Positions 1 through 10,815 of a DNA stretch of 64,000 bases are shown in pieces. The translations under genes and the position numbers were made by a program. The stretch lies in the IMG/VR virus record IMGVR_UViG_3300028920_000031; one strand, 5' to 3'. Numbering within the stretch: the first letter of the stretch is position 1; each line of letters opens with the position of its first letter. The DNA is from an uncultured virus (IMG/VR IMGVR_UViG_3300028920_000031). Taxonomy: Duplodnaviria; Heunggongvirae; Uroviricota; Caudoviricetes. The notes beneath the pieces were generated by a model that ran no database searches, was not told the origin of the DNA, and worked only from the letters and a program-made list of their open reading frames with translations.

Positions 1-3000
1 CCGGAGCCAAATTCAAAATCGTCCAGATTTTCCGTAATCGCAACATAATCCCCCGTCCCGTCGAAGAGCAAGGAGGCATTTCCGACCTTCTTCTGAGCGG
101 TGTCTATCTGGGCGTCAGCATGAGGAGCAATGATGTGCGGATAGCCGGCTTCGATGGCCCCGTCGGGGATCTGAACCGAGGCGTCGGCGCCGTCGCCGTG
201 GATCAGAAGGACAGTGTCGGAGTCGAAGGCGATCTGACTCGAGGAGCTGGACTGACTGTTGCTCGACGAACTGCTCGAAGACTGCGAATTGCTCGAAGAG
301 CAGCTTGAGCCGCTGAAGCTCAAAGACTCCGAGGAGCTGCTGGAGCTCGACGAGCAGCTAGAACTGCTGGAGCTGAAGCTCTCGGACTCCGAAGAGCTAC
401 TGGAACTCGAAGAGCTATTTGAGCTGCTGAAGCTCAGAGACTCCGAGGAGCCGCTGGAGCTCGAAGAGCTGCTAGAACTGCTGGAACTGAAAGATGTCGA
501 CTCCGAAGAGCTACTGGAACTCGAAGAGCTATTTGAGCTGCTGAAGCTCAGAGACTCCGAGGAGCTGCTGGAGCTCGAAGAGCTGCTGGAGCTGCTGAGG
601 CTGCTGGAATCGCTAAGACTGCTCGAGCTCGACGAGCTGCTGGAACTGCTGAAGCTCAAGGACTCCGAGGAGCTACTGGAGCTAGAAGAGCAGCTGGAGC
701 TGCTAAAGCTCAGGGACTCCGAGGAGCTGCTAAAGCTCGAAGAACTACTGGAACTGCTGAAGCTCAGGGATTCCGAGGAGCCGCTGGAGCTCAAAGAGCT
801 ACTGGAACTGCTGAAGCTCTCGGACTCCGAAGAGCTGCTGGAGCTCGAAGAGCAGCTGGAACTGCTGAAACTCAGGGACTCCGAGGAGCTGCTCGAACTC
901 GAAGAGCAGCTTGAGCTACTGAAGCTCAGGGACGTCGACTCCGAGCTGGAAGAGCTGCTAGAATCGCTGAGGCTGCTCGAACTCGAAGAACTGGAATCGC
1001 CTCCGGCATATTGGGTCAGCTTCGAAGTCGGAGGCGTGAAACTCGATGTATAGCGGGCTACGCCCTTGGAGACGCGAAGCTCGTCAATCCAGCCGTCAAG
1101 GTAGGACGTCGAAGGCCCACCACCGTATTGATATTGTCCGACAAACAGCCCGTTTGATTCAGCTCTATTGTATGTGATACCGGTTACATCTTCATTATTT
1201 CCGATCTGAGTACCATCAATAAACGCCCTTAACGTATTGCCATCTCTGGCAATGGTTATATGATACCAAGTGTCAGCAGAAGCGGTCCAAGAAAACGTAA
1301 CTGTGTTGTCCACCCCACCATCATACCGAGCAAGCATCAGAATGTTAGTCGTGTGATTATAGCTCATGCTCCATCCAGTTTCTAAAGGCCCAGTCCCAGT
1401 AAACCCGCGACCTTCACCTATGATTCTATATATGTCATCTAAAGCTGCAATATCCGGAAATGAATTAAATCTAACCCATGCCTCAATCGTGAAATCATCA
1501 GTCCCAAAATCCCAATCGTCACTATCCGGTATACTTAAATAGTCCCCTGTTCCATCAAGCAATAAACTGCTATCCCCATATTTCTTCTGAGCGGTATCTA
1601 TCTGGGCGTCAGCGTTGCACGTCACTTCGTGAGGGGAGTTGCCGCCGAGGGCATAGTCCGGAATGCGAGTGGCGCCGTCCGCTTCGTCGAAGTGGAGAAG
1701 CAGGACGCAATCCTCGTCCTTCGCGCTCGGAAGCAACGGAGACTGCGGAGGCGTGAAATTCGAAGTGTAGCGGGCTACGCCCTTGGAAATACGAAGCTCG
1801 TCGATGTGGCCATTGATAGGACTGGAATCACTGGGTTCATCGCCGATATATAGCCCGTTTCCGTCCGAATTATAGTTGGTCGCAGCCGTTTGATCCGACC
1901 CTTGTTGATTTCCGTCAACAAAAAACTTGATGTTTGCTCCGTTGCGAACAATGGCAACATGATACCATGTCGCAGTAGAGGGCGTCCATGACACGACCAC
2001 TTCTGTGGTCCAACTATCAAGAATACTTATCTGATTCAAGTCATTTCTATATCGAACAGCCCAACCATTAGGATTAGACAAAGATCCAAGCACATATTGA
2101 GCATTATTAAGAGAATTGAATCTTACCCAGAACTCCAATGTGAAATCGCCAGATCCAAAATCCCAGTCGTCACTATCCGGTATGCTCAGATAGTCCCCCG
2201 TCCCGTCGAACAGCAGCGAAGCATTCCCGATCTTTTTCTGGGCGGTATCTATCTGGACGTCGCCGTTCGGAGTCAGGATATGCGGATAGCCGATTTCGAT
2301 GGCCCCGTCGGGAATCTGCACCGAGGCGTCGGCACCGTCGCCGTGGATCAGAAGGACGGTGTCGGAGTCGAAGGCGATCTGACTCGAAGAACTGGACTGA
2401 CTGTTGCTCGAAGAGCAGCTCGAAGACTGCGAATTGCTCGAAGAGCAGCTTGAGCCGCTGAAGCTCAAAGACTCCGAGGAGCTACTGGAGCTAGAAGAGC
2501 AGCTGGAGCTGCTAAAGCTCAGGGACTCCAAGGAGCTGCTAAAGCTCGAAGAACTACTGGAACTGCTGAAGCTCAGGGATTCCGAGGAGCCGCTGGAGCT
2601 CAAAGAGCTACTGGAACTGCTGAAACTCTCCGACTCCGAGGAGCTGCTGGAACTCGAAGAACAGCTGGAACTGCTAAAGCTCAAGGACTCCGAAGAGCTA
2701 CTGGAGCTCGACGAGCAGCTAGAACTGCTGGAGCTGAAGCTCAAGGACTCCGAAAAGCTGCTCGAGCTCGAAGAGCTGTTTGAGCTGCTGAAGCTCAGGG
2801 ACTCCGAGGAGCTGCTGGAACTTGAAGAGCTACTGAAACCGCTGAGGCTATCGGACTCCGAAGAACTGGAATTGCTGGAACTGAAGCTCTCGGACTCAGA
2901 AGAACTGCTGGAACTCGAAGAACAACTGGAACTGCTAAAGCTCAAGGACTCCGAGGAGCTGCTGGAACTCGAAGAACAACTGGAACCACTGAAGCTTTCG

Positions 3001-6000
3001 GACTCCGAAGAACTGCTGGAACTGTTCGAACTCAGGGATTCCGACTCCGAGGAGCCAGAACTACTGGAGCTCGTAGAAGTCGATTCCGAGCTGCCAGAAC
3101 AGCTCGAGCTCAACGAAATGGGCTCCGACGAACTACTGGAACTAAAGGATGTCGATTCCGAGTTGCTAGAACTTGAAAATAAGCTCAGGCTTGAAGAACT
3201 GAGACTAACCGAGCTAGAACTGCTCAGGCTAAGGCTTGCACTGCTTAAGCTCGACGAACTGACGCTCTCGCCGCTAATGCTACTCGAACTGAGAGAGGCA
3301 GATCTCGAACTACTAGAAGAACAACTCGAAGACGCTGCAGCCGCAAATCTAAAAATGACGGACCCCTCCTCCCACGCAATCGTGAAAAACACCGAATCTG
3401 CCGATCTGGTTATAGTTTCGCCAACGAAGCTAAACTGATGTGCTCGCTCGCTTCCATAATCCCATATCGGATATCCACCACTAGAAGTGACGGAAAAGCC
3501 AATTCCGTTGACAACTATGGTGCCAGTTTCAGGGGCTTCGGCAGATACCAAAATACACGAGTCGTCCACGCTCCCCAAGACTTCATAGCCGCCTGCGGAC
3601 ACAAGGACACAGGCAGACTGCGAAGAACTGGAACTGGAAGGTTCGGACGGATAATTTTCAAAATGGCCCATAATGAATTCCGAAATGCTGTACGGACCCC
3701 AAATATCCTCCACTTGAGCCCGAGCGGCCACATAATAACGCTGTCCCGGCTCCAAGTTGTTGCCTCCCCCATAAAGGACAGCCTGTTGCTCTGTGGGAAT
3801 CGCGCCGCTATCCCAAAGATCAGACACCCCAGGGTTCGTGCCCACGAGAATCTGCACATAGTCGTGAACTTCAAGGGCGGCCGAAGACGACGAACCGTGC
3901 TCGAGGATGCGCGCGACTTTTTCGGGAAACTCGACAGCCCTGGACATCGCCGTGATTATTTCTGGTTCCTCAGGCGGAAGACCCGCGGAGCCAGAGGAGG
4001 ACGATGACGAACTGGCGGCCCCGGCAATCGGAGATTCCTGAACAATATTGCCCTGCGAATCGGCGAATATGAGATTGCCGTTCTTCAGCGAAATCAACAG
4101 GCCGTCCATCGAGGGCAAATAAGCCGCTCCCACAGCGAACGAAGTGGATTCTGTGGAAGCGGTCGAAAGCGTCTCGCCGCTTTCCAGGTCGACTACTGTT
4201 ACAACGACATCCTTGTCAAGTCCCGAATTTACGACCCTGGAGGCAATAAACAGGAGCCCCCCTCCAGCCCTCGCAAATTCAATTCGCTCATTGGCCGCAA
4301 ATTCCTGCTGATAGACAAACGGAAACCTGTTTTTGTCAAGAACCAGAACGACATCGCGGAGCCTAGACAGCAAAACCTCATTGTAGTCGTCCAACGAGTC
4401 ATACTCCTCCGAAAGCGGCACGGCGTCATAGCTCTGCATGCAGGCCACGACATAGTCGGCTGCCACATCAATGTCGGCTACCGCATAGCGTTCAACATTG
4501 TAAAAGGTCTCGATTTCTCCCTCTTCCGAAATGTAGTGCAGCGTACTGTCACAAGAAAGAACGAATTTCTCTTCCGCCGGCGACCAGACCATGTCACGAG
4601 GGGCATCGGGCACATCATAGGTTTCGAAACGGGTCAGATCGTCAATTGCCAGCTTGTAAACTTGTCCTCTGGATGCCGACGCGCACCAAAGATGCCCTCC
4701 GCGGCCCGCGAGCACCGCCACGTCCTCCACGACGAACGCATTCGACAAAATGCCCAAGTTCATGAAGTCGTAGACTGAAACTTGACCTTGTCCGGCGACA
4801 GCCATTCTATCGTCAAAAACAGCGGCCGAACTGACGGAAAAGCCGGGATCTAGTCCCTCCATGTCGATGAATCCCTCAGGAACCATGGCATATCTTTCGG
4901 CGGTCTGCCCGAAGCCAAAAACCCACGCATCGGCCGCATCGTCTTCGGAAAAATCCCATCTGAACACAGGAACGCGTCTCAGCGTGCCGCGCTCGTAGTC
5001 GGCGAAGGAATATTGATAATCGACAGACAGCTTCGTTCCTTCCAAACCGGTGTTTTCCAAGTGCCAAGCATCGACCGCCACCACTTTCTGCGGCGTACTG
5101 GGGCTCTCTTCCACATAGCCAAACGGCAGATCTCTTGCCTTGGCGCTAGACGAAGATCGCTCGGCCACGATATCGCCAACGGCCCCTTCTCTGATGGCCG
5201 TAAAAGTGGCAACGAGCTCGTCGCTGTCATTTTCCTCAGCCTCATCCACAACAAATGCGGCCTGAACGGCGGCCTCCTGATTGTCATAGATCATCAACTC
5301 GCCAGATGCCGGAGCATCGGCCTCGTGAAGAACTGCCGCGGCGTCTTCGTCAACCCTAAGCACATGACTCGACCCAAGCACATCGTCGGAAGACAGATAG
5401 AATTCGCCGAGAACGCCATCTATGTCGAGTCCGCGCAATTCCGCCGTTCCAGCCTGCAAGGTCGCATAAGTCCCGTTTATTTCGTCATACGTAACGAGGC
5501 GATTGCTGCCGTCGAATACGGCGGCGAATTTGCCGGTGGCTTCCGAGTGTTTCAGCGTATATCCGCCGTCAAAGGACGTATCCTCATAAATCGAAGTGGG
5601 GTAATTAAGCGGAGCAATGGCCGATATCGAATCCCACAACTCCGTTTCCGAAACCGCGTTGAGAGACAGATCGGCAAGGATCAGGGAGGTTTCGGTGGCG
5701 ATCCAAAGCCGATCCGTCCCTTCCTGAACGGCAATATGGGCCGCCCCCGAAAACGTGGCGGTAGAATTGTGAGCTACGGAAATGGCAACGCTGCTGTCCC
5801 CGGTCCGCGTAATTGCCAACGTGTATCTGAAGACACTGTCCCCCACCCTGCGATAAAGCCTTTGCTTTCTTCGGCAATATTTGGTTTCGCCAGTAAATCC
5901 GTACTCCTCGTAGACCGTGCCTGAAAAGGAATCCACAACATAGAGGTTGTCTGCGGACTTGACGAGCAGAACGCCGTTTATTTCGTCCTCCTCAATCTGT

Positions 6001-7493
6001 ACCACGTCCTCTTCCAGCTCGATCTCCCAAAGCATGTCTTCCATGGATGCGTCATATTTCCTGACAATTCCTCCCGCGGCTACGACAGGTTCCGAAGCAT
6101 AAAACGTGCTAAAAACCACATCCGGCGCAATATCGACAGTCATGCACTTCACCGCCCTCAGTTCCGCGCTGTCGACATCACACTGAATCTCGGCAAGCGA
6201 CCCCGTTTGTCCGTCTCCTGTGGCTACAATAAACGAATGTCTCAAGACGTTTGTGCAGACACTCCCCGCAGAAGCCCCGGGCAAATAGGCAAAACCGTTC
6301 ATCTTGCCCGACGGGGAGAAGCCGACAAGCGTGTCGTCATCAAAAATAACCAAGGCGTCGCCATACATCTGGCCCACGGCCATCGCTATCGGCACCCTTT
6401 CGGTAGACAAGCGCCTCTGCACGATTCCGCCCGTCCTTGAAACCACATGGATGCCCCGCTCGGAATTGCGGCCGTTTTCCATTACAAACAGCGCGCCAGG
6501 AAAAAGATTCCCGGAAATGTCCTTCCAGCCCATCTTGCCAGCCGAATACATTTTCTTGAGGACGGCTCCGTCTTCGGACGCGTGCACGATCAGCGGCGTC
6601 ATGTAGTCTTTGTCGAACGCCTTGATCAGCAGAGTTCCCTCGTTGCTGATGGCGACGGCATGCGGAAACCTCATGAAATCGGGTTGCACAATCGATCTCA
6701 GCGTCATGTCCGTGCGTTCGGCGAGAACAATTCTGTGATTGCCGCAGTCCGCTATTGCCACGAGATCCCCGCCCACGCCAACGGCGCGCGGCAAAAACAG
6801 CGTCTTGTTGCCGACCGCATTGTAGAACTCGGTTTGTCCAGAACCGAGATCGGATACCGCGAGGGAGCCTCCGACATGCACAATATTGCCGTGCACGCGA
6901 TATTCGTCGGCCACATATGCCTTCCCGGCGTTTTTATCGTGAAAGCCGTGAATCGGATGGACAAAATCAGCTGCATCGAGATAGGATGAAAAGTCCCTGT
7001 CGTCCGCATTGTATAGTCTGAGCCTGCACGACAGCGAATTCTTTGTCACCAGCAACGCCTCCAGCACGGAATCCTCGTCCCGCAACGGCAAATGAAACTC
7101 AAGTCCGTTGAGTTCGGTCATCCGGGCGCCGCAAATATCCATCCTCTCGACAGACGCTATGGCAAATTGGTGCCTGGTGCCGCCCGTCGGAAAAGGCTCT
7201 GACACGATCGTGACATGATCGTCGGTATAAGTTACATGATCGACGGAATCCGCCTCGAGCTTGCCGTCAAGACTATCTTCCGCGGCCGCATACCATCCAA
7301 TATTTGCAGCGGCGACAATAGACGGCTCGAACGCCACGTCGAGACGACGGGGCGAATCGGGAAAGTCAATTTCGACCGTCCCGCCAGGGGTGCCGAGCGA
7401 AAGATTGCAGGCTATGGAGGGCGGCATAGTGCCGCCCTGTGCCGCGAATTCGCCCTCCCCCATGCTGGAGGCGGACATGAAGTGCGAGGACAT
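1..7493 (-). CDS. Giant fibre/adhesin-like protein (>2,490 aa, runs off left edge): NHL-like N-terminal region, poly-Ser linkers, at least 3 LamG/ConA-like domains
   Basis: ATG at 7493, 1 nt after the upstream TAA. The frame was open wherever I translated it (7493-6700, ~4250, 1000-3400), and its absence from the ORF track fits having no in-window stop. Motifs: AIADCGNHRIV (NHL-like); DWDFGTDDFTIEAWVRF...WYHITIARDG...GWIDELRVSKGVARYTSSFTPP (LamG-like). Ser tracts at ~240-1000 and ~2390-3340. Confidence 0.85.
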   Translation of the reverse strand, partial: MSSHFMSASSMGEGEFAAQGGTMPPSIACNLSLGTPGGTVEIDFPDSPRRLDVAFEPSIVAAANIGWYAAAEDSLDGKLEADSVDHVTYTDDHVTIVSEPFPTGGTRHQFAIASVERMDICGARMTELNGLEFHLPLRDEDSVLEALLVTKNSLSCRLRLYNADDRDFSSYLDAADFVHPIHGFHDKNAGKAYVADEYRVHGNIVHVGGSLAVSDLGSGQTEFYNAVGNKTLFLPRAVGVGGDLVAIADCGNHRIVLAERTDMTLRSIVQPDFMRFPHAVAISNEGTLLIKAFDKDYMTPLIVHASEDGAVLKKMYSAGKMGWKDISGNLFPGALFVMENGRNSERGIHVVSRTGGIVQRRLSTERVPIAMAVGQMYGDALVIFDDDTLVGFSPSGKMNGFAYLPGASAGSVCTNVLRHSFIVATGDGQTGSLAEIQCDVDSAELRAVKCMTVDIAPDVVFSTFYASEPVVAAGGIVRKYDASMEDMLWEIELEEDVVQIEEDEINGVLLVKSADNLYVVDSFSGTVYEEYGFTGETKYCRRKQRLYRRVGDSVFRYTLAITRTGDSSVAISVAHNSTATFSGAAHIAVQEGTDRLWIATETSLILADLSLNAVSETELWDSISAIAPLNYPTSIYEDTSFDGGYTLKHSEATGKFAAVFDGSNRLVTYDEINGTYATLQAGTAELRGLDIDGVLGEFYLSSDDVLGSSHVLRVDEDAAAVLHEADAPASGELMIYDNQEAAVQAAFVVDEAEENDSDELVATFTAIREGAVGDIVAERSSSSAKARDLPFGYVEESPSTPQKVVAVDAWHLENTGLEGTKLSVDYQYSFADYERGTLRRVPVFRWDFSEDDAADAWVFGFGQTAERYAMVPEGFIDMEGLDPGFSVSSAAVFDDRMAVAGQGQVSVYDFMNLGILSNAFVVEDVAVLAGRGGHLWCASASRGQVYKLAIDDLTRFETYDVPDAPRDMVWSPAEEKFVLSCDSTLHYISEEGEIETFYNVERYAVADIDVAADYVVACMQSYDAVPLSEEYDSLDDYNEVLLSRLRDVVLVLDKNRFPFVYQQEFAANERIEFARAGGGLLFIASRVVNSGLDKDVVVTVVDLESGETLSTASTESTSFAVGAAYLPSMDGLLISLKNGNLIFADSQGNIVQESPIAGAASSSSSSSGSAGLPPEEPEIITAMSRAVEFPEKVARILEHGSSSSAALEVHDYVQILVGTNPGVSDLWDSGAIPTEQQAVLYGGGNNLEPGQRYYVAARAQVEDIWGPYSISEFIMGHFENYPSEPSSSSSSQSACVLVSAGGYEVLGSVDDSCILVSAEAPETGTIVVNGIGFSVTSSGGYPIWDYGSERAHQFSFVGETITRSADSVFFTIAWEEGSVIFRFAAAASSSCSSSSSRSASLSSSSISGESVSSSSLSSASLSLSSSSSVSLSSSSLSLFSSSSNSESTSFSSSSSSEPISLSSSCSGSSESTSTSSSSSGSSESESLSSNSSSSSSESESFSGSSCSSSSSSSSESLSFSSSSCSSSSSSSSESESFSSSNSSSSESDSLSGFSSSSSSSSSSESLSFSSSNSSSSSSSFSESLSFSSSSSSCSSSSSSSSESLSFSSSSCSSSSSSSSESESFSSSSSSLSSSGSSESLSFSSSSSSSSFSSSLESLSFSSSSCSSSSSSSSESLSFSGSSCSSSNSQSSSCSSSNSQSSSSSQIAFDSDTVLLIHGDGADASVQIPDGAIEIGYPHILTPNGDVQIDTAQKKIGNASLLFDGTGDYLSIPDSDDWDFGSGDFTLEFWVRFNSLNNAQYVLGSLSNPNGWAVRYRNDLNQISILDSWTTEVVVSWTPSTATWYHVAIVRNGANIKFFVDGNQQGSDQTAATNYNSDGNGLYIGDEPSDSSPINGHIDELRISKGVARYTSNFTPPQSPLLPSAKDEDCVLLLHFDEADGATRIPDYALGGNSPHEVTCNADAQIDTAQKKYGDSSLLLDGTGDYLSIPDSDDWDFGTDDFTIEAWVRFNSFPDIAALDDIYRIIGEGRGFTGTGPLETGWSMSYNHTTNILMLARYDGGVDNTVTFSWTASADTWYHITIARDGNTLRAFIDGTQIGNNEDVTGITYNRAESNGLFVGQYQYGGGPSTSYLDGWIDELRVSKGVARYTSSFTPPTSKLTQYAGGDSSSSSSSSLSDSSSSSSSESTSLSFSSSSCSSSSSSSSESLSFSSSSCSSSSSSSSESESFSSSSSSLSSSGSSESLSFSSSSSSSSFSSSSESLSFSSSSCSSSSSSSSESLSFSSSSSSSSSSSLSDSSSLSSSSSSSSSSSSSESLSFSSSNSSSSSSSSSESTSFSSSSSSSSSSSSGSSESLSFSSSNSSSSSSSSSESESFSSSSSSCSSSSSSSSESLSFSGSSCSSSNSQSSSSSSSNSQSSSSSQIAFDSDTVLLIHGDGADASVQIPDGAIEAGYPHIIAPHADAQIDTAQKKVGNASLLFDGTGDYVAITENLDDFEFGS
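135..2640. repeat. Intragenic direct repeats: ~135-338 vs ~2280-2483 and ~652-830 vs ~2461-2640, plus degenerate Ser-codon repeats
   Basis: Near-identical 180-200 bp blocks seen by direct comparison; they cover LamG domain starts and Ser linkers. Confidence 0.9.
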
Positions 7494-7494
7494 C

Positions 7495-8142
7495 TTACTC
7501 CTCGTGACCCGACGGCCTGTAGACGAGCACCGTGGAGATGTTCGTTACGCGCTCGTCCCATCTGGTCCTGATCAGGTCCTCGAAGTTTCCGGAGTTCATG
7601 AGGACTATATCAGGATCCATATTCCTCATCCAGGCCACAAGACCCTCCCCGTCTAGATGGTAAATATGCTCATTGGGCTTGAAATGACGCCATTTTCTAA
7701 GCTCGTCGAAGGACTTCACGGCCGGAGTTTCAGGAAAGGAAATCATGGCATACAGCCATTTGAGACGAAAAAGATATCCGATGTCGTCCATGTGTTCGAG
7801 AACGTCGCTGAGAACGACAAGGTCCCAATTCGTGGCCTCAAGCTCCTCTTGGGATATGCTATTTCCGCAAAGGTCATAACCCGCCAGCCGGGCAAACGCT
7901 CCTTGGCAGTGTCTGATGAATTCGCCATTTCCGCACCCGATGTCAACCGCAGCCATTTCCCGTAGCTGCTCATAGGACAAGCTAGCCGAAAGCCATCCCA
8001 ACCTAAGATAGGACATTTCCGCATTGGTGCCCTGCCTGGCCTTATAGGTGAGGTCGTATTTGAATTCGGCATGCTCCGTTTGCTTGATGAATCCCTGATC
8101 ATATCCGTATCCAGGCGGAAGATCGACGTTGTTTTTAGGCAT
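7495..8142 (-). CDS. Class I SAM-dependent methyltransferase
   Basis: VDIGCGNG motif I and DLVVLSDVLEH; probable start MPKNN overlaps the upstream stop (TAATG). Confidence 0.8.
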   Translation of the reverse strand: MPKNNVDLPPGYGYDQGFIKQTEHAEFKYDLTYKARQGTNAEMSYLRLGWLSASLSYEQLREMAAVDIGCGNGEFIRHCQGAFARLAGYDLCGNSISQEELEATNWDLVVLSDVLEHMDDIGYLFRLKWLYAMISFPETPAVKSFDELRKWRHFKPNEHIYHLDGEGLVAWMRNMDPDIVLMNSGNFEDLIRTRWDERVTNISTVLVYRPSGHEE

Positions 8143-9263
8143 TACGGCCTCCCGAACTTCCGAATGATGCCTCCAAGACCCTCCAAGCGCTTTTTCAGAT
8201 ATTCCTCGTCGCGAATCGGAATCACGTCTTCGAGATCGTCCAGCGTGATATAGCAAGAGTACTGAAGAAACAAGAAATAGGCCTGTATCGTGTCAAAAAG
8301 CACGCATCTCTTTGCCTTGGCCCGTTCCAGGTCCGCCCCTTCGAACTTGCCCTCCATCTGCCTCAAGAGCTTGGGAACGTTGTGCCCCTTAAGCCGCTTC
8401 TCGTTCCTTTCGCACGTCCAGTCCCTGCCGTGAAAAGCCCTAACCTGCTCGTGAGTGTCACTCACGAACAGGATCTTGTTTCTGAAAGACGGATCCGAAA
8501 GTTTGATGTGGTCGCCGAGGGAAATATGCCTGACAAGCGTGCTGACGCGATAAATCGAATAATGCACCCCGGTCCAGAGATGGGAGGCGAGCACGATCAT
8601 TCGTTCCTTGACACCGTGTTTATTGAAAACGATATTCATCGTTTCCAAATCGCCAGTAAACGTCTGAGTGTTGTCCATCCCGAGCTTTTGCCTGTGCTCG
8701 AATACGTCGAGCAGGACCTGGGAATGCTTCCGCGCATCCAGAAACAGAGGGGTGTTGCAAATGAACTTGGCGTCCCACACCTCTGTTTCGAAAAAGGGTT
8801 TCTTGCCCTCGGACCACCATGGACACGTACCCCTGTCCGTCCGATTGCGATAGTGCCTGACGACATTGTCGTTGACTCCGACCATCAAATCGGTAGCCGC
8901 CGCAATGTCGAAGTACTCCTTGATGCCGGAGGCCAAGAAAATATCGGTGTCGATAAAACAGATCGCCTTGTAATTTTGCCCCTCTTCGGCCATGATCTTG
9001 TATCTGTAATACTTGACCGTCAAAACCTTGCCAAGGTCACCGTCCTCGGGATTGGCGATAATCGGAATGAACCGGACATCCGTATCCATGGAGGCGGTCT
9101 TTTCAAGTATCCGTTGCCGGTAGTCCTCCTTTATGCTGGCGTCATGGACGATGACCACGTCCGCATATTTGCCGACACCAAAAAGTTCCACGCTGTTAAG
9201 CAAGGCATTGAACAAATAGGCGTAATTGTCGGTCAGACTGAGAAAAATTGCATAGTCTTTCAT
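8142..9263 (-). CDS. GT-A fold glycosyltransferase (GT8-like)
   Basis: N-terminal LSLTDNYAYLFNALLNSV; YYRY...ICFIDTDIFL (DxD); GDLETMN resembles the GT8 DQD region. Confidence 0.7.
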   Translation of the reverse strand: MKDYAIFLSLTDNYAYLFNALLNSVELFGVGKYADVVIVHDASIKEDYRQRILEKTASMDTDVRFIPIIANPEDGDLGKVLTVKYYRYKIMAEEGQNYKAICFIDTDIFLASGIKEYFDIAAATDLMVGVNDNVVRHYRNRTDRGTCPWWSEGKKPFFETEVWDAKFICNTPLFLDARKHSQVLLDVFEHRQKLGMDNTQTFTGDLETMNIVFNKHGVKERMIVLASHLWTGVHYSIYRVSTLVRHISLGDHIKLSDPSFRNKILFVSDTHEQVRAFHGRDWTCERNEKRLKGHNVPKLLRQMEGKFEGADLERAKAKRCVLFDTIQAYFLFLQYSCYITLDDLEDVIPIRDEEYLKKRLEGLGGIIRKFGRP

Positions 9264-9267
9264 GACG

Positions 9268-10815
9268 TTATTCGTTGTAAGTCTTGGTCTTAGGCCTGTC
9301 CGCACTGAAGAAGCGATAGTACATCTCGATCCGCCTGATCACTTCGTCGGCGGTTATCATGTCCATGCAAAACGGCAGATCCTCTCCGTCCTCCGCGGTT
9401 ACGACATGCTGGCACATATTCTTTTTGTCCTTGTGGTCGCCGTCGCCGATGGGCTTGACGCGACTCTTCCAACATCCGCCGTTGGCACAACACGGAAGCA
9501 TCCCGCACGTATGAATGAACTGATGGCTATTATAGGCTTGCCAGCCTGCGGGTTCGCGGCCGCCGGCCACCACCACGCACGGCCTCTCCGAAAGTCCGCG
9601 GACCGTTCCGGGCCTTACAGGAACTGCAGCCGCAAGCACCATCGGATAGCTGCAGGGCGTAAGAACGCCAGCCGACGCCCAGACAAGCCGGATAAGTTGC
9701 CTGTCGTCCATTTGCTTGCCCTCCATCGCCTCAGTTTCCCCGGCAAGATTGATCACATTCTCGAGCTGAGGATGATTGTGGTCCTTGTGCCCGATCTGCA
9801 CAAACTTGATTCTGCCCTCGAAATGGTCGACCACCTTCTGATATCGTCCGGCAGGCCATCGCTTACAGGTAAAGTCGTTTTTCCAACCCGCATTGATGAT
9901 CCAGTAGTGGATGTCGCCGCCGAGGCCATAGTGTCCAAACCAGGTGGCCCGTTCCGTATGTCCCCAGACTTCCTCTTCGGGCCTCATCTTGATGTAGCCC
10001 TTGCAGAGCCTGTTGCCGATCCGAATTCCGAGCTTGTTTTCAAGTTCTTCGGTAAACGCCTCGGTGAAGTGATAAGGTCCCTGATTGCTCTGATGAACCA
10101 ATGGATATTCCAGACGCATTTTTGTGACCTCGGGATCGTTGGGATCGAGCTTCGTAATGTACTCGTTTCCCTCCCATATCGGCATCGAATTCGTTCGGAC
10201 GTCCGTAATGAACTTGCCGGGGTGAGAACGATGAAGATCCCTGATCGCGGCAGTCATCATCACGATGTCTCCAGGAGCCTGGTAGTTCTCAAAGAGCAGT
10301 TTGCGCGGCTTTGCCTGAGCCTGAGACTGAACACGAGGCTGAAGTTGCCGAATGTCATCCGCTGCCTGACTCGCACCCGAAGAGGCAGCCTGAGATTGCT
10401 GAAGTTGCCCGTGTGGCTTTTCGGGGGCCGGCACTTCTCTTTCTTCGAAGATCTGTTTTTCAACCTCATTGGAAACAATGTTAATCCACATCCGCTTGTG
10501 CGACGTCCAAGTGCGATTTCCAAGCATTTCATGTACGGCGGCCCGCTTATCCTCGGGACATGCCTTGAGATCCTTGACGAAAGTCAGCATCAAGACAGGC
10601 CCTTCCTTGCCTAGTTGGCAATTCGAACAGGATGCGGACTTGACCCGCTCATAAATCTCGTCATAAACCTTGAATGTCGAACTAAAAAGAGGGCTCAGCA
10701 CTGCGTCTTCGCGAATGCGCGGCACTATATCGCCATAGACATGCACATTCAGGAGAACTTCCTTTCCGTGTTTGGCGTTTTTCAGCACCTTGACGGTTCG
10801 TGTCTTCTCTGCCAT
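9268..10815 (-). CDS. GT9 (heptosyltransferase-like) glycosyltransferase with Cys-rich C-terminus
   Basis: APGDIVMMTAAIRDLH, KRWPAGRYQKVVD, FVQIG, VINLAGET; Cys cluster CGMLPCCANGGCWKS; GGAG RBS before MAEKT. Confidence 0.8.
   Translation of the reverse strand: MAEKTRTVKVLKNAKHGKEVLLNVHVYGDIVPRIREDAVLSPLFSSTFKVYDEIYERVKSASCSNCQLGKEGPVLMLTFVKDLKACPEDKRAAVHEMLGNRTWTSHKRMWINIVSNEVEKQIFEEREVPAPEKPHGQLQQSQAASSGASQAADDIRQLQPRVQSQAQAKPRKLLFENYQAPGDIVMMTAAIRDLHRSHPGKFITDVRTNSMPIWEGNEYITKLDPNDPEVTKMRLEYPLVHQSNQGPYHFTEAFTEELENKLGIRIGNRLCKGYIKMRPEEEVWGHTERATWFGHYGLGGDIHYWIINAGWKNDFTCKRWPAGRYQKVVDHFEGRIKFVQIGHKDHNHPQLENVINLAGETEAMEGKQMDDRQLIRLVWASAGVLTPCSYPMVLAAAVPVRPGTVRGLSERPCVVVAGGREPAGWQAYNSHQFIHTCGMLPCCANGGCWKSRVKPIGDGDHKDKKNMCQHVVTAEDGEDLPFCMDMITADEVIRRIEMYYRFFSADRPKTKTYNE

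Noticed and set aside
135..2483. Possible DGR template/variable repeat pair
   Set aside because: Mismatches are not adenine-specific, both copies are in-frame coding, and there is no reverse transcriptase in the window.
259..3438. Plus-strand Leu/Glu-rich ORFs (259-1053, 2404-3438; likewise 11202-11621)
   Set aside because: Antisense shadows of poly-Ser codons in the minus-strand genes.
3438..7656. Several plus-strand ORFs of 100-300 aa
   Set aside because: They overlap the minus-strand giant ORF, which has recognisable motifs and operon coupling.
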